A stretch of 64,000 nt of DNA from Podarcis erhardii (taxonomy: Eukaryota), in NCBI GenBank assembly GCA_964252035.1, contig OZ176211.1; one strand, written 5' to 3'. The notes beneath the pieces were generated by a model, which saw nothing but the letters and a program-made list of their open reading frames with translations, was not told the DNA's origin and did no database searches. How positions within the stretch are numbered: the stretch's first letter is position 1; the number at the start of each line of letters is the position of its first letter. Position numbers and translations under genes: made by a program. Positions 49,643 through 62,045 of the stretch are shown one piece after another.

Positions 49643-50608
49643 AATAAATATTTTTTTGTACTTCTGCAAAAGCCATGGGTTCCCTCAAAGCTGCTGATAC
49701 AGTACCTCATTCTTGTGTGTGACCGTTCTGGCCACATGAGCAGTGACATCATGACCCGAACTTTGGAAATAGTAGGAATGATGGCTTATTTTATCAACTT
49801 GACTTCCTGTCATTAATCAGTGACTCTTACTTTTTTCCAAGGAGAGGGTTGTTCATCTACCCTTAGTGGTGAGGGATATTAGCTTGGCCATTACCTAGGG
49901 CTCTTAGGAACATGAAATAGACAAGGCTGGAGCCTGACTGTATAAATGAAGTTGTTTTCTGGTGGGTTCAGGGCGCCAGAATAGGGGGTTCCACACTCAA
50001 GGCTGAGAAAAGTCCCCATCATGGCCTTCATCCTGGTCACATCCAGATTCCAGCACAGTTTATCTTAAAGGCCTTTAAATCACCAATCAGCGTTTTTTTA
50101 TTACAATGTTCTGAAGCAAGGCCTCTGAGTTGAAACAATATTTTAGAGATTAGTATCAAAATGTCAAGCGGAGGTATTAATCACCCCGACGTGTTCCAAG
50201 GGAGCAGGTACTTGGCAGGACAAATGAAGTCCTTTTCTTTTCTGCTAGAGCATTCATGGGATGACTGTCTCCTGGTTTCCTCCTTTGGAAGATGATAAAT
50301 CACAGCCTTCATCAACAAGTAATGAGAAGAGGCTGAGCTTTGGCTTGTTAGACTTTACCCAAGCAAATGCCAGACTCCCACAGCTTCAAAGGCTGGGACT
50401 CTGGTTTTTAACAAAATTATTGTGATTATTTCAAAGGCCAAGGATTGCCCTTTTCCCTTCCCCACTCCCCCTCACTCTGAAGCCGTTTTGTCCCACCAGC
50501 AGGTATGAAAGATCATGATAATAAGAAAGCAGGTACCTCTCATTCTGGGCATCAAAGATGAAGATAGTCGGATACACTGCAGGGTGATGATGTATGTCCC
50601 AGGTAAAG

Positions 50609-50610
<2 letters not shown>

Positions 50611-50668
<58 letters not shown>
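50611..50668. repeat. (TATC)n microsatellite
   Basis: Direct observation. Confidence 0.98.
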
Positions 50669-50669
<1 letters not shown>

Positions 50670-50722
50670 ATCATCTGCAGATCCACAGCATATATTTAAA
50701 GCCCATCCAATTTACACCAAAT

Positions 50723-50998
50723 GCACATGACTTTTCCTCAAAAGTATTCCTGGGAATTGTAGTCTGTCAAGTGTGCTGGGAATTGTAGCTCGGTGAGAGG
50801 GAAACTGCAGTTCCCAGGATTCTTTGGGGGGAAGTCATGTGCTTTAAATTCATGGCTGCCTACAGACCATGCATTTACAGCACATGGCTTCCCCCAAGGA
50901 CCTTGGGAACTACAGTTTACCCATCAGAGAGCTACAGTTCCCAGACTCTTAACAAACTACAGTTCCCAAGTTTCTCTGGGGAAGTCATGTGCTTTAAA
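50723..50998. mobile_element. Two adjacent palindromic MITE-like elements
   Basis: Each runs GCACATG(A/G)CTT...AAGTCATGTGCTTTAAA with internal GGGAA(T/C)TGTAG repeats (50723-50848 and 50880-50998). Confidence 0.7.
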
Positions 50999-51425
50999 TG
51001 TATGTGCATTTGTATGTAGGACCTATTTTGCTAAGGCAAAGGTGGCCAGTCCGTGACCCTCCATTTTCGGTCAGCCACCAACCCCAACAAACATGGTCAA
51101 CGTCCAGGGGGTGGGAACTGTAACCTATCAACTCTGGAAGGACCACAGGTTCCTCAGCCCAACTCCAGGATGATGCAGCTCTTCCAGGTCTGAGGCAGAG
51201 ATCACCTGCAACCCAATGTTAGGCAGAGTTGCCCAGAATTGGACCTAGGCTTTTATATGCACACCCCAGGAATATTCTAGATTGCTTTTATTCTGGGATA
51301 GTCCCATGGTGAGTGGGAGAAACAAGTCAGACATATTTGCAAGCGGGCAGATGTGAATGAATACAAACCAAGCCTGCCCCTCGCACCCTGTACTCCGCAA
51401 ATCTAGATGGTGGGAATTTTAATAA

Positions 51426-51465
<40 letters not shown>

Positions 51466-51773
51466 GGAAAGTGCCAAAAATGAGAGCTGCCTGAAAAAAA
51501 CAACACTCTAAATATTAGGTTTTACAATGCTTTCTAGGCAAGGTTTTCTGTTTGTTTTAGAAAGAGCAGTGGGATTTTGTGTAGCCCGAACAGCAAGTGT
51601 GTGATTTATTAGGTCTTTCTGGCCACTTAGCTGATATCCAGTATGCACCCTGCTACAACAAACACCCAGTGCAATCTTATACATGTCGGCTCGGAAGTCC
51701 CACCTGAGTTCAGTGGTACTAACTCTTGAGTAACTATAGGTAACAATCTGTGTCTCCCTTGACAAGCCTGGGG

Positions 51774-51906
51774 CATGGGCATGTTAGGGGGGCAGGTTTT
51801 TTGTTAGGGGGGCCAGAACCTCGGTTTGCTATGTAATTTTAATTGATTTTTATTGATTTAAGGGGGGAGCAGCTGCCCCCCCCTGCCCCCCTTGGCTACA
51901 TCCATG
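51774..51906 (+). mobile_element. hAT MITE
   Basis: CATGG...CCATG ends; 8-bp TSD GCCTGGGG / CCCTGGGG (7 of 8 match). Confidence 0.75.
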
Positions 51907-52831
51907 CCCTGGGGAGTGGAAAAGAGAGAGAAAGAAACATCCCTCCAAAATCAAGATGTGACATCCACACTCATAGATTAATGGCTTCTTATCAGCTTTC
52001 CCTCTCTCACAAACACTTTTTACTATGAATTACAACCCATAATCACTAATCTTTTTTTTTTTAATCCCCTGATGCATAGACATACACTAACAGTGAATAT
52101 ATATGAAGGATTACTCTTTAGTACAGTACTCCAGAATGGTGCTGTAGGACAACTGATCTGTGGTACACCACCTTAAATTTGAGACTCCTTTAAACAGCCT
52201 CCCCCCCCCAAAGGCATTGACTGGTGATTCCATAAACTACGGAACTCCCTCCCACAGGGTGGCCACCAGTTCCGATGGCTTTGAAAGAGGATTGAACAAA
52301 TTCACGGAGAAGTTTGTCAGAGGCCATGATGTCGGAGGCAGTCAACGCTTCTGAATACCTGTTGCTGGAAGCCACAGGGGGAGAGTCTTGTGTTCAAGTC
52401 CTACTTGAGGGTTTCGTAGGGGTGGCCACTATAAGAACAGGACGCTGGACCAGAGGGGCCGTGGCTCTGATCCAGTACGGGGAGGTGTGTATATACTGGG
52501 CAAGGAGAAAGGGTTTATTTTTCATTCCATACTTTCAGTGCTCTTCCATGGCTTCAACGCTCTTCTCTGACTGAAGCCAGGGTTACTCTCGCCCTGGCTT
52601 GAGCGGAGCACAGAAGCAGGCGAGGTAATGATTCCGAAGTAACTAACGCGGAGTTAAAGCGAGTTAGGGGAGGCCTCTGAGCCCAACGGAGGGGTGTGCT
52701 ACAGGGAGGGCAGCGACACGTCGGTGCTCTCAGAAATCCAAATTCCCGAGTGCTCACTCCCTCCGTCCCCCCGTCTCTCAATTCCCGCCCCGCCCTGGAA
52801 AAAAAGGCAGTCCCTCCGTCTCCGAAGGGAC

Positions 52832-52835
<4 letters not shown>

Positions 52836-52884
<49 letters not shown>
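52836..52884. repeat. (CT)n microsatellite upstream of NXPH1
   Basis: Direct observation. Confidence 0.98.
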
Positions 52885-52887
<3 letters not shown>

Positions 52888-53065
52888 GGCCCTGTAACCC
52901 AACTTCTCTTATCTCGGGTGCCAGACTTCACGCCCCATTTCTCCAGCCATCTCGCAGCCCCTGCAGTCATCTCCAGGAAACCATCGGAAGGCATCAAGCT
53001 CCCCTTTCAAGTGCTTTATTATTTGTGCGGGAGCCAAGGGCGACGTCATTATTCATATTCATGGG

Positions 53066-53262
53066 NNNNNNNNNNNNNNNNNNNNNNNNNNNNNNNNNNN
53101 NNNNNNNNNNNNNNNNNNNNNNNNNNNNNNNNNNNNNNNNNNNNNNNNNNNNNNNNNNNNNNNNNNNNNNNNNNNNNNNNNNNNNNNNNNNNNNNNNNNN
53201 NNNNNNNNNNNNNNNNNNNNNNNNNNNNNNNNNNNNNNNNNNNNNNNNNNNNNNNNNNNNNN
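53066..53262. other. Assembly gap (197 N)
   Basis: Run of N inside the promoter. Confidence 1.
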
Positions 53263-53299
53263 GTGTGTGTGTTTATGTGCGCGCTGAAGAGCGGGAAGC

Positions 53300-54186
53300 G
53301 ACGCAAACTCTCCTGCTCTCTTTCTTTCTCCCTCTCCCTCTCCCTCCTTCCTGCCAGGGCGTCCTTTTCCTCCTCCCTCCGCAGCCGCGGAGCTCCGCGT
53401 GCGGAGGGAGCCCCCTAGCGGCAGGGCAGCGCGCCGCAGCGCGCCTTGGCACGGCTCTGATTCGTCGCCCGCCCGCCCGCCAGCCAGCCAGCCAGCCGGT
53501 CGGACTTGGAGAGGCTGGGACGCGGCTGCCTCTCTCGCAAGTCTCGCCGATTCTTCTTCTTTTCTCTCTCGCTCCTCCTTGCAGCTGGAATGACTCTCGG
53601 ACAGCGCTCGAGGCGGCTTTTCGGCGCTTCTCCTCCTCCAGCGCCGGCCTCCTTCTGCAGCCTCGCTTTGCCCTGGAAGGGATGATCGGCCGAGGGCTTT
53701 GCAGCTGGGCTGCTTGATCCCTTGTCCAAAGTTAAAAAGAAGAAGAAGAAGAAGGCAACAAGGAGCAGCTCCCGCTTAGCCAAGAAGTCCTTCTTCTTAT
53801 TTATTTATTTTGCAAGAGACAAATCGCTCGGCACGCCCGGACTGCCTCTGTGCCAAGACAGAGACGCTAGGAAGCGGTCGTGCGCTCCGGGCCGCCTTCT
53901 TCTCCTCCCTCCTTGGCGAAGTTTCCTGCCGCCGTGCCCGTCCGCGGGGCGCCTCCCTTGCGCAGGCTGGCTCCGCGGGGGCGCCTGTTTCCGCGGGACC
54001 CCGCTGGCCACAGCATGGAGCAGCAGCAGCAGCAGCCGCGCCGAGGCGGGGATCCTCGCGCAGCCCTGGGCGCTGCTGCCGAGACCCTGTAGCTTGCTTG
54101 ATTCCCTCTCTCCTCGCCTAGCCTCTCCTCTTCCCATGGACTATTGCCAGAGATCGGCGCCTGCTTTCGGACCCTCCATGCAGTAG
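53300..54186 (+). other. NXPH1: NXPH1 non-coding exon 1 (start approximate; donor at 54183 or 54187)
   Basis: GC/CpG-rich leader ending in ccatgcagtaggtagcc, which has two overlapping candidate donors (CA|GTAGGT and AG|GTAGCC). The TSS cannot be fixed from sequence, and an N gap lies just upstream. Confidence 0.55.
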
Positions 54187-54968
54187 GTAGCCCCGTCTAC
54201 TCTTGTTTTTGTGGGTGGTGGGGAGGAAGGAAATCGGATCTGATTTTCCTTCCTTTTTTTTGTTGGGAAGGAAACGAGGGGCGGGGTGCTGGGAGCTCCG
54301 CCGTGGGTTGAGGGCGAGCTGGCGGAGGCAGAGACGGGAGTTGGGAGACGGGCGAGGGATCTGTGCGCGCGCGCGCGCGCGTTTGCGCGGAGACGGGGCG
54401 CGGGAAGGAGGCGTATGTGCGCGCCCGAGCACCCCTTGGCACCTCTGGGGCACCTTTTGCCTGGAGCCTGGATCTGGGGCTTGATCCGAGACCCTAGACT
54501 AAGCTCCATCCCTCGCCCCTCCGCCCCCTCCGCCTTTACTTTCCACGCGCCTGGCTGCGTGTGAGTCTCTCTCTCTGATATCTGGGGTGGCTGCGCTGGC
54601 GATGATGCACCAGCCGTCCCCATCTTCCTTACAAGAATAAGCAGTCAGCTCTGGACCCCCACCCCGCCCCTGCCCAGTCCTGTCATTCCGCACCTCCCTT
54701 GCTCCGGAGTCCTCCGCAGCTTAGGGGTAGTAGCTTGGCCCGCGGCGCGCGAAGCCCTTCTCACCCCGCCCTCTGCCCTGTAAATGGATTAACTCGGATC
54801 TGAGACCTTCATCGCTCAGCGCCCCCCCCCCGCACTTCCCTGCCCTCTCCGGGTCCGTGTGTGTGTGTCTGTGTCGCGCCCCTCCCTCTGCTCTCTCTCT
54901 CTCCCCACCTCGAAGCCCTCACCTCGCGTTTTGCGGTCATGGAGTCTATAATTTCCTTTTTGGTCTAG

Positions 54969-55130
54969 GCTGGCGCGAGCTCTCCTGGTTCTATAAAGTG
55001 GATGTCAGGTGGATCTATGTTCCTGGAGGAACAAAGAGCAAGCGAAGGCAACGCTGTGGAAGTTTGAGCTGGGAGGATGCAGCCTGTGTACTGGTACGCG
55101 GTGCTTCTGTTGCAACCAGCACTCTACCTG
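54969..55130 (+). other. NXPH1: NXPH1 exon 2 (108 nt 5'UTR plus 54 nt CDS)
   Basis: Acceptor ttcctttttggtctAG at 54967-54968 and donor GTAAGT at 55131. Same layout as mammalian NXPH1 (non-coding exon 1, short exon 2, very large intron 2). Confidence 0.85.
55077..55130 (+). CDS. NXPH1: Neurexophilin-1, first coding segment (signal peptide, 18 codons); the rest of the CDS is beyond the window
   Basis: Translates to MQPVYWYAVLLLQPALYL, followed directly by the donor GTAAGT at 55131 (phase 0). It matches human NXPH1 MQAACWYVLFLLQPTVYL, which ends at the same intron position, better than NXPH3 (MQLTRCCFVFLVQGSLYL) or NXPH2. Recognised from memory. Confidence 0.93.
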
Positions 55131-56445
55131 GTAAGTTTTGCAAGGAGCCTCCCTCCCTCCCGCTTTCTCTCCCCCCCCCCGCCCCGCACACTAACTTGGG
55201 CTGGTTTGGGTGGAGGGCAGGAGAACCCCGAGCAAAGGCCTTGCGGCTGGCCTCACTTATTCACGAGTAGACCCACTGGGTCCAGCCCTACCGAGCCAAA
55301 GGGTGAGAGACTGTCTTGAGAGACTCCTTCCAGATTTCTCCCCTCGTCTCCGTCTCCCGTGGGGTGTGTTTTCCCATTTTTTATTCATTTGTTGGTGGAC
55401 GGAGTGTGTGTTTTGGGTGACTGTGGGTTCGACGGAAGTTTGGCAACCTTACTGTAGGCGTGCGAGAAGGTGAGAAGATCAATTCAAGGACGTTGCCACA
55501 GCGTCTCTTGGAAAGCTTGACGAGCGGGGCTTGGCAGGGTTGGTTAGGAGAGAGAACTCCGGCAAAACTTTTTTCTTCCACGATCTACCAATTGGAGCTC
55601 CATCCGTTCATACGAGAGACCAAGCCGGCGGTCTAAAAAAACAACAACAAACAGTCCAGTGTAGACAGCAAGGTGTAATACCCGGGGTCTCTCTCTGACA
55701 CGCGCTAGAGCTAGTTCAAATCCGCGAGGGACCCTTCCTGCCCGATCATAAACTCTGTGAAGTGACAACTTGGGCTATGTCGTGGGTATCTCACCTCCTC
55801 TATCTGCCTAGCTCCTTGTGACCCCTGGGTGGGTGGGGGGTCAGTTATTGCGTCCCCAAGGTGTCTTCAGCTCTCCTCGGGGCAAGAGGGGAAGTTTTCG
55901 GTGGCGCCGGCGATCCAGGTGATGAGAGGAGGGGATCGCTCTCACGGTCACTGTTGTGCCAGCACACGCACACCCTTTAGGGGGCTTTTCCGTCATGCAC
56001 AGGTGTCAACATCCAGGTATAGACACCACCCAGCACTTACCGCACACCACACCCCCGGGCCACGTAAAACCAAACCACCTAAATTCCACTGAATCAGTCC
56101 CGTGGCACAAACAGATGACCAGAGGGGACGCGAAACCACACAACCTGGGATCTCCTCCTGGGATCCAGCTCACAACGATCCACAGATAAGCACAGAGACC
56201 GTCATCTGCTTTCTGAGCAAGGGGATCGAGAGTGATCGGCTTTCAGGTTGGAAAAACGGTCTAGGATCAGGCAGGACGGGGAATAATGAAAAAGAAGCGC
56301 CTGGTGCTGGCTGAAAAAAAATGGTGTGGTTCTACACGCATACAAACCTTGAAAACCAACCGGGGCAACTCTTTTTTTTTGTTTTTTTTTACCCTCTCTG
56401 TAACAAGCCTCTTCCTTGCGCTATTGGTCTGCGGTTGCAGCTCTT

Positions 56446-56463
56446 GGCCGCTGGAGGGCGCTG
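56446..56463 (+). promoter_or_regulatory. CTCF motif in NXPH1 intron 2
   Basis: GGCCGCTGGAGGGCGCTG. Confidence 0.5.
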
Positions 56464-57066
56464 CGCGCCAGTCTCAGCCCCGCTCAGGACACCTTGCGGG
56501 GGGGAAGCAGGTGAACGCAGGGGCAGCCCTTGCAGACGGGAACAAGCGCTCTGGCGTGCCATCACCTGCTGTAACACCCCCTACAAACAGACCGGAGCCA
56601 TAGTTTAGAAGTCAAGAAGTCTTGGGGATTTATTTATTTTTAAGAAGAAGAACATTATTCTGGTTTCTATTCATTCGGATTCCGCCCCCCCAATAGAGGT
56701 GAGGATGGAGGCCCCTCCAAGATCCGCAGAACGATGTCAAGAACTAACCCCCCCCCCAATGTTATTTGGGGGCCAGCGACCTAGGAAGCCTTGACTGGCT
56801 ATGCATCCTTGAAAGGGTCATTTGGTCACCTATGGGGGGGGGTGTTGTGTGCGCGCATGGCGCCATTGCACCGCTCTCTGATTTATTTATTTTTAAATAG
56901 GTGGGGGCCAGAGAACTCCAACACACGTAATCTCTCCCATCCAGGCACAAGATCAATAAGCTGCGTGGTTCTCTCCCCCTCTTCCTCCTCCCGCCCTGGG
57001 TTTGTTGGCACTTAAACTCTTTCCCACTCATGGCAACAACGGCGCGGGATTTATTCTAATGCGCGG

Positions 57067-57206
57067 NNNNNNNNNNNNNNNNNNNNNNNNNNNNNNNNNN
57101 NNNNNNNNNNNNNNNNNNNNNNNNNNNNNNNNNNNNNNNNNNNNNNNNNNNNNNNNNNNNNNNNNNNNNNNNNNNNNNNNNNNNNNNNNNNNNNNNNNNN
57201 NNNNNN
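57067..57206. other. Assembly gap (140 N)
   Basis: Run of N. Confidence 1.
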
Positions 57207-60200
57207 CTCTCCCTCCCCACCCCCAACCAGGATTTGGCAAGCGGGGGAAAGAAGAGGAAGGGAAAGAAAGAGTTTTCAAAACAATGCGAAATGTGACTGA
57301 ATGCAAATTGAAAATCAGCAACAGTTTAGGGCGGTTGTCAGCTGAGAGAGTGCTTCGTATAGGATCCCGCAGGCTGATCTACGACTTTATTTGCAAGTCG
57401 ATATAGCCCGTTGATACTTGCTCTGCATATTCCTTGAGTTTTCTTAGGGACTAACTATCCTGTGCTAAGCCTGATATTAGCCGTCAACCGCTAAGCTTTG
57501 ATTTAAAGCTTTAATCAACCACAGGAACCAACAAGGTGTTAGGTTTTGCTTCTTCCTAGATGGATCTACAGGGTGGCAGGATAGGACCGCCTTGTAGAAC
57601 TGAAGCCAAATGGAGTGAGGGAGGCGAAAACGGAGAGATCCGTTTTCATGGAGAATCGGTTTACGCTTGGGACGTATAAACACAGCGTAGATGGTACAGG
57701 ATCCCAAATCTGTGTTTCTGGAGGATTCGGGCGATAGGAATACTTTTTTTCCTTTTTTTTAAAGAATACGTTTACCTCTCAGTAGCAGGACGTGGGAGAA
57801 GCTAGTATGGATCTCACCGTTCCCCACCTCTGTCAACTGCGTTGCAACCACACTGCAGTCAGTCAGTGCAACGCCCGTGCTTTTGTATTTAGTGTGGACA
57901 GGAATCCAGGCCACTCTGCCTGCTAACAGGAAAATGGCAAGAGGTCACCGCTGAAACAGACGGAACTCGAATGACTAGGAATGTGAGGACAGGCCTGGTG
58001 GATGATATGCATTCAGTTAAACCCAAGAATGCTTTTGTCGGTGACTCTCCGGATCGTTGCTGTCCTTTTTAGATTTTTCAAAGGGAATTCACGAAACGGT
58101 CCGCGTTCAACAAGCTTTAAGGTTTTTTTGGCCTACTCGCGATTCTCTCGATATCTACTTGGACGTATTTGGAGCTTAAAACATATTTCTGATTTCTTTA
58201 CACAATTGGGCGATAGGAACCCCAAGAGTATGCTGAATAGCTGAGCTGTTTATCTTGGGGCCTCCCCCACCCCTTAAACCGATTTTCTTCCGATGGGTTT
58301 TTGGAGTCTACCCCCTCCCCCCAGTTTTAAAAATGCCAAAGAAATTATGCAGCAAACATGCCTGTATACGAATACAGACGGTCATATATATTGTGGTTGA
58401 CCTTGACGCTTCCAGTGGTGGAAGAGAATGAGACGGATTATTGGAGCGCTGGAATAATTCCTAAACGGCAACTGGAGTCTGATGTCATTTCTGGACATTT
58501 TCCAGTAGAGTCCTAGAATGGAACTTGTGTGTGATGTATATAGTAGCTATAAATAGATCTATGCGCTCCATACCCTGATATGTGATAATATAATGTAGGT
58601 TCTATATACAGCTCACAGGTTAAGGTATAGAACGGTTTATAGAGAGACATTCAGAGAGAGCATGACAACACATCATATGCTATCTGTTTCATATATGAAA
58701 TGCACACACATGTATCTATTTGGAATGTGTGGCTGTATAAAATGTGCCTGTACATCTACAATGCTATTTTCTCTGTCCTAGACACACTATTCGAAATTAT
58801 ACGTTTAAGCATCCTAGTATGTGGCACGTTTTTACTGGGAGAGAAATCCCTCTGACTTCACTGGGACTTGCCGTCAAGTCAATCTACACAGGACCGCAGG
58901 CTAAACTCAGGATTGCTTCCAAGCTGATTGTAAACTCTTTCATATCTATCCCAAACACAAAAAGCAAATTTCTGTGAAACCGGTTGGACTTTTTCATTCA
59001 TATTATTGCTTTAAATCTGTGCGTTCGCATCGCTGATCTGCGTGGGATTTAAACCGGCGCGCTGGCTTGTGTGAACTGGGCTGTCGGCGATGTTTTGGTT
59101 TAGAGCGATCAATATGCTTCAGAAGCATTGTGTGTGTCTGTGGCAGCGTCTCCCCTCTTTTTTTTCTTCCTTGAAGGGGTGAGGGAGGAGGCAAAGGAAA
59201 GCGGAGACCGTAGCTGAGAACATTTCTCTCCGGGATAGGCTCCAAGTCTGGCCAAAGGTGCGGCGCTGTCCCTCCTATTTTGACACTCGCCGGTCACTCC
59301 AGAAATCTTCTTGTTAAGAGCGGGGCAAAACAGCGAGATCGCTTCTCTTGCCAATGGGACAAGAATAACGTGCTTTCTGTACTACATATTTGGGACGGGA
59401 AGGCCCACATTTTCGGAGAATTGCATGCAAATACTTAAAGCACCGGGGCGTGCTTTTCCATCGCACATTTGGCACGGGGTGGCCTTAGGAGTCGGTTGAC
59501 ACAACACTTGTTTTTTGTTCGTGTGAATGAACCGCGGATTTTTAAAAAAACTCTGATCGTGCCAAGCCACCCAAACCGACCTCTTCGCTCGATAAACCCC
59601 TGATCTCTCAAAGATTTCTCTCCAGAACTAATTGTTCACAGGAAGGTGCGAAAGGACAGGTGGAAGTTGGGTGGGTGAGTGGAGGAAGACCATTTGATTT
59701 GTCCTTCATTTCCTCTCTCCCACATTTAGTTTAGGCCGTGTATCTACCACTCTCGAACCTTGAAGCAACGTACCCTGTCGGGGTAAACTGCATTTATTAC
59801 TGTACTTAGGAGTGTGCGCGCGTGCGTCCAAGGCTGAATTACGCCACAGCTTGATTCAAAGCCCAATGAAGCCAGCGACACCCCTATTTAAGCTCCATGC
59901 TCAAATTCTGAGCTGCCATCCCCAACATGACTTGGCGGTAGCCAGTTTCGCTGTGTGTTTCGCTTTGCTTGGAAGTAAGCCCTATGGACTTCAAGTGAAA
60001 CTTCTGAGTAAGTGCGTTTAGCACCGCACATATCATACATATTTAGGAGCACCAAAACTCTGTTTAGCTCTCATGGTTGGACTCGAAGACCTCAAGGCCA
60101 CCCAACGGGACGTCCATTCCAGAACCTGGTCTTTCCTGGGTGACGGATGGGTTTGCAGAGGGGGGAAAGAGAGGGGGGGAGGGAGGAAGAGGTTTCTGAT

Positions 60201-60297
60201 CCAGAATCATAAACTGGTGTAAGAAACGGGAGGAAATGTGCATTCTTGAAAACACTCGACTGTATTAGGTTATTGACTGTTCCACATCTCTGTATGA

Positions 60298-60299
<2 letters not shown>

Positions 60300-60354
<55 letters not shown>
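60300..60354. repeat. (TC)n(TG)n compound microsatellite
   Basis: Direct observation. Confidence 0.97.
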
Positions 60355-60355
<1 letters not shown>

Positions 60356-61982
60356 AACACTAGGCAGAATCGTGTACCTTCTTCTATATGAATTGCGAAG
60401 ATTACCCAGCTTACCTGTTTAACCTCAGGGTTTGAATGAAGTGTACATACGTATTCCTGATTCATGCCGTTTTGGGGTGGCCTGTTGCTAAAGCCAGGTG
60501 CATGTTGTGCTGTGAGAGACAAGTCGAGGGCTGCTGGTGGTGTCACTCAGAATGCCTTAAGACTCGCGACTGCCTCTATTACCTGCTCCCCAGCTGCAGA
60601 TTCTAGAGTTGGTGTCGCTCTGTTCAGTCTGGCCTCGATTGTGGTCATTTTTTTCTTCCTGGTAAACGTCAACCTAAGGGCGGAATGTGCCCATCCTTCT
60701 TCCTCCTTCCAAGCTAGGTAAGCATCTCCCTCAGACTGCAGGGAGACCATCCCCAACCAGGCAAGCATTGTCCTCCACTAACCATTCTTTACACGGGTTT
60801 TCAAAGGGTTTTTTTCTGTTCTTTTCTTGGCGCTGAAAGCATTTGGCTATTACTGGCTTGTTTTCCCCGCTCTTTCTTCTTTTTGAAGCGATTTGCTGTA
60901 CTTTGCAGGTGGAAAAAGAAAGATCAAAACAACTCGTGGCGCTGGTTGTATATTGGGCATCTCACACAACACGGTGGCAACAATTTGTTTTCATTTATTT
61001 GTGTTGGAAAGTTTGGGGAGAAAGAAAGAAAGAAAGAAAGGCGCAGCTTAAATTCTCTAGGAGCAGAAATCTCCTAGGAAGACTCTGAGTTTGAACAATG
61101 TTGCAACAGGAGACAGGCATGCGTATGTAGAAAATGAGCTGTCTAGGACTAAGGGTACATTGTGTATTCCTACTTATACAACACGTGCACACAAGCTATT
61201 TAGACTCAACACATGCTGTAGGATACAGGTTGTCTTATATCTAAACTGATCAATATACTCTTTCTGTATCCTCTCAATATCTTGTTTTTATACCAGGAAA
61301 TCCATGTAAGTTCTCACAATCAACAGAACCACCCCAGCACGCTAACGCCGTCTCTTTTTGAGGATAAATTGGAGCATTTTCTTTGAGTTTTATTTCTTTG
61401 GGGTCTTATTTACGTCTTCTTATTCACCTTATTTCACCCCCTCTTCGGAATCAAGAGGTTTATCGTAAATATATATATATTTACGATATATATATATATG
61501 GGTGGACCAACTTCCACCATCGCATAGGCCCACTGATTCCAACGGAGCCTACTCCTAAGTAAAACTCCAAGCGGCTCGAGCCTTGATAGGGTTACTTGGT
61601 GGAACCAAGCCCCACGGTGTTCGGTGTGGGACTTACTCCCGAATTAGTTCCCGGGATACTGCAGCCGAAGACCAGCCGATGTTATCTCTGTTCACACCCA
61701 CCTTTTAAAAATGGGGCGTAGGGGCGGAAGGGTAGTTTTCCAGGTGTGTTAACATCGCCTCTTTCTCTTCTAAATCAGCACAGACTCGGGTACCTGAAGG
61801 AGCACTGAGGCGAGCTGGGCTAGCCCCCCCTCTCCATCCCGCCCCCCCCACCATTTTGAATGTTCAGAGAGGGGTCCCTACTTGTACAGAGACAGCAGCT
61901 CTCCATTTGAGTGATTAGCTAAATCTTCCGAGCTAGGAGTAATGTTCATTTCAGCCCTTGTGTAGCCCGCTTTGCCTCTAGA

Positions 61983-61984
<2 letters not shown>

Positions 61985-62035
<51 letters not shown>

Positions 62036-62045
62036 CAACAATAAT
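61985..62045. repeat. (TAA)n/(CAA)n microsatellite
   Basis: Direct observation; another (TAA)n lies at about 51420-51463. Confidence 0.97.

Larger units (their letters stand above)
52590..56620. promoter_or_regulatory. NXPH1: CpG island / NXPH1 promoter and first intron
   Basis: Abrupt rise in GC and CpG content (GC boxes, CGCG runs), CRE-like CGACGTCA at 53041-53048, (CT)n tract at 52836-52884. Confidence 0.9.

Noticed and set aside
52696-54623. Long ORFs (240, 230, 154, 160 aa) across the CpG island
   Set aside because: Products of GC-rich, low-complexity sequence and N runs; no recognisable protein.
53590-59290. REST/NRSE site for NXPH1 (GGACAGCGCT near 53600; GGCGCTGTCC near 59267)
   Set aside because: Only right half-sites; no TTCAGCACC left half at the canonical spacing.
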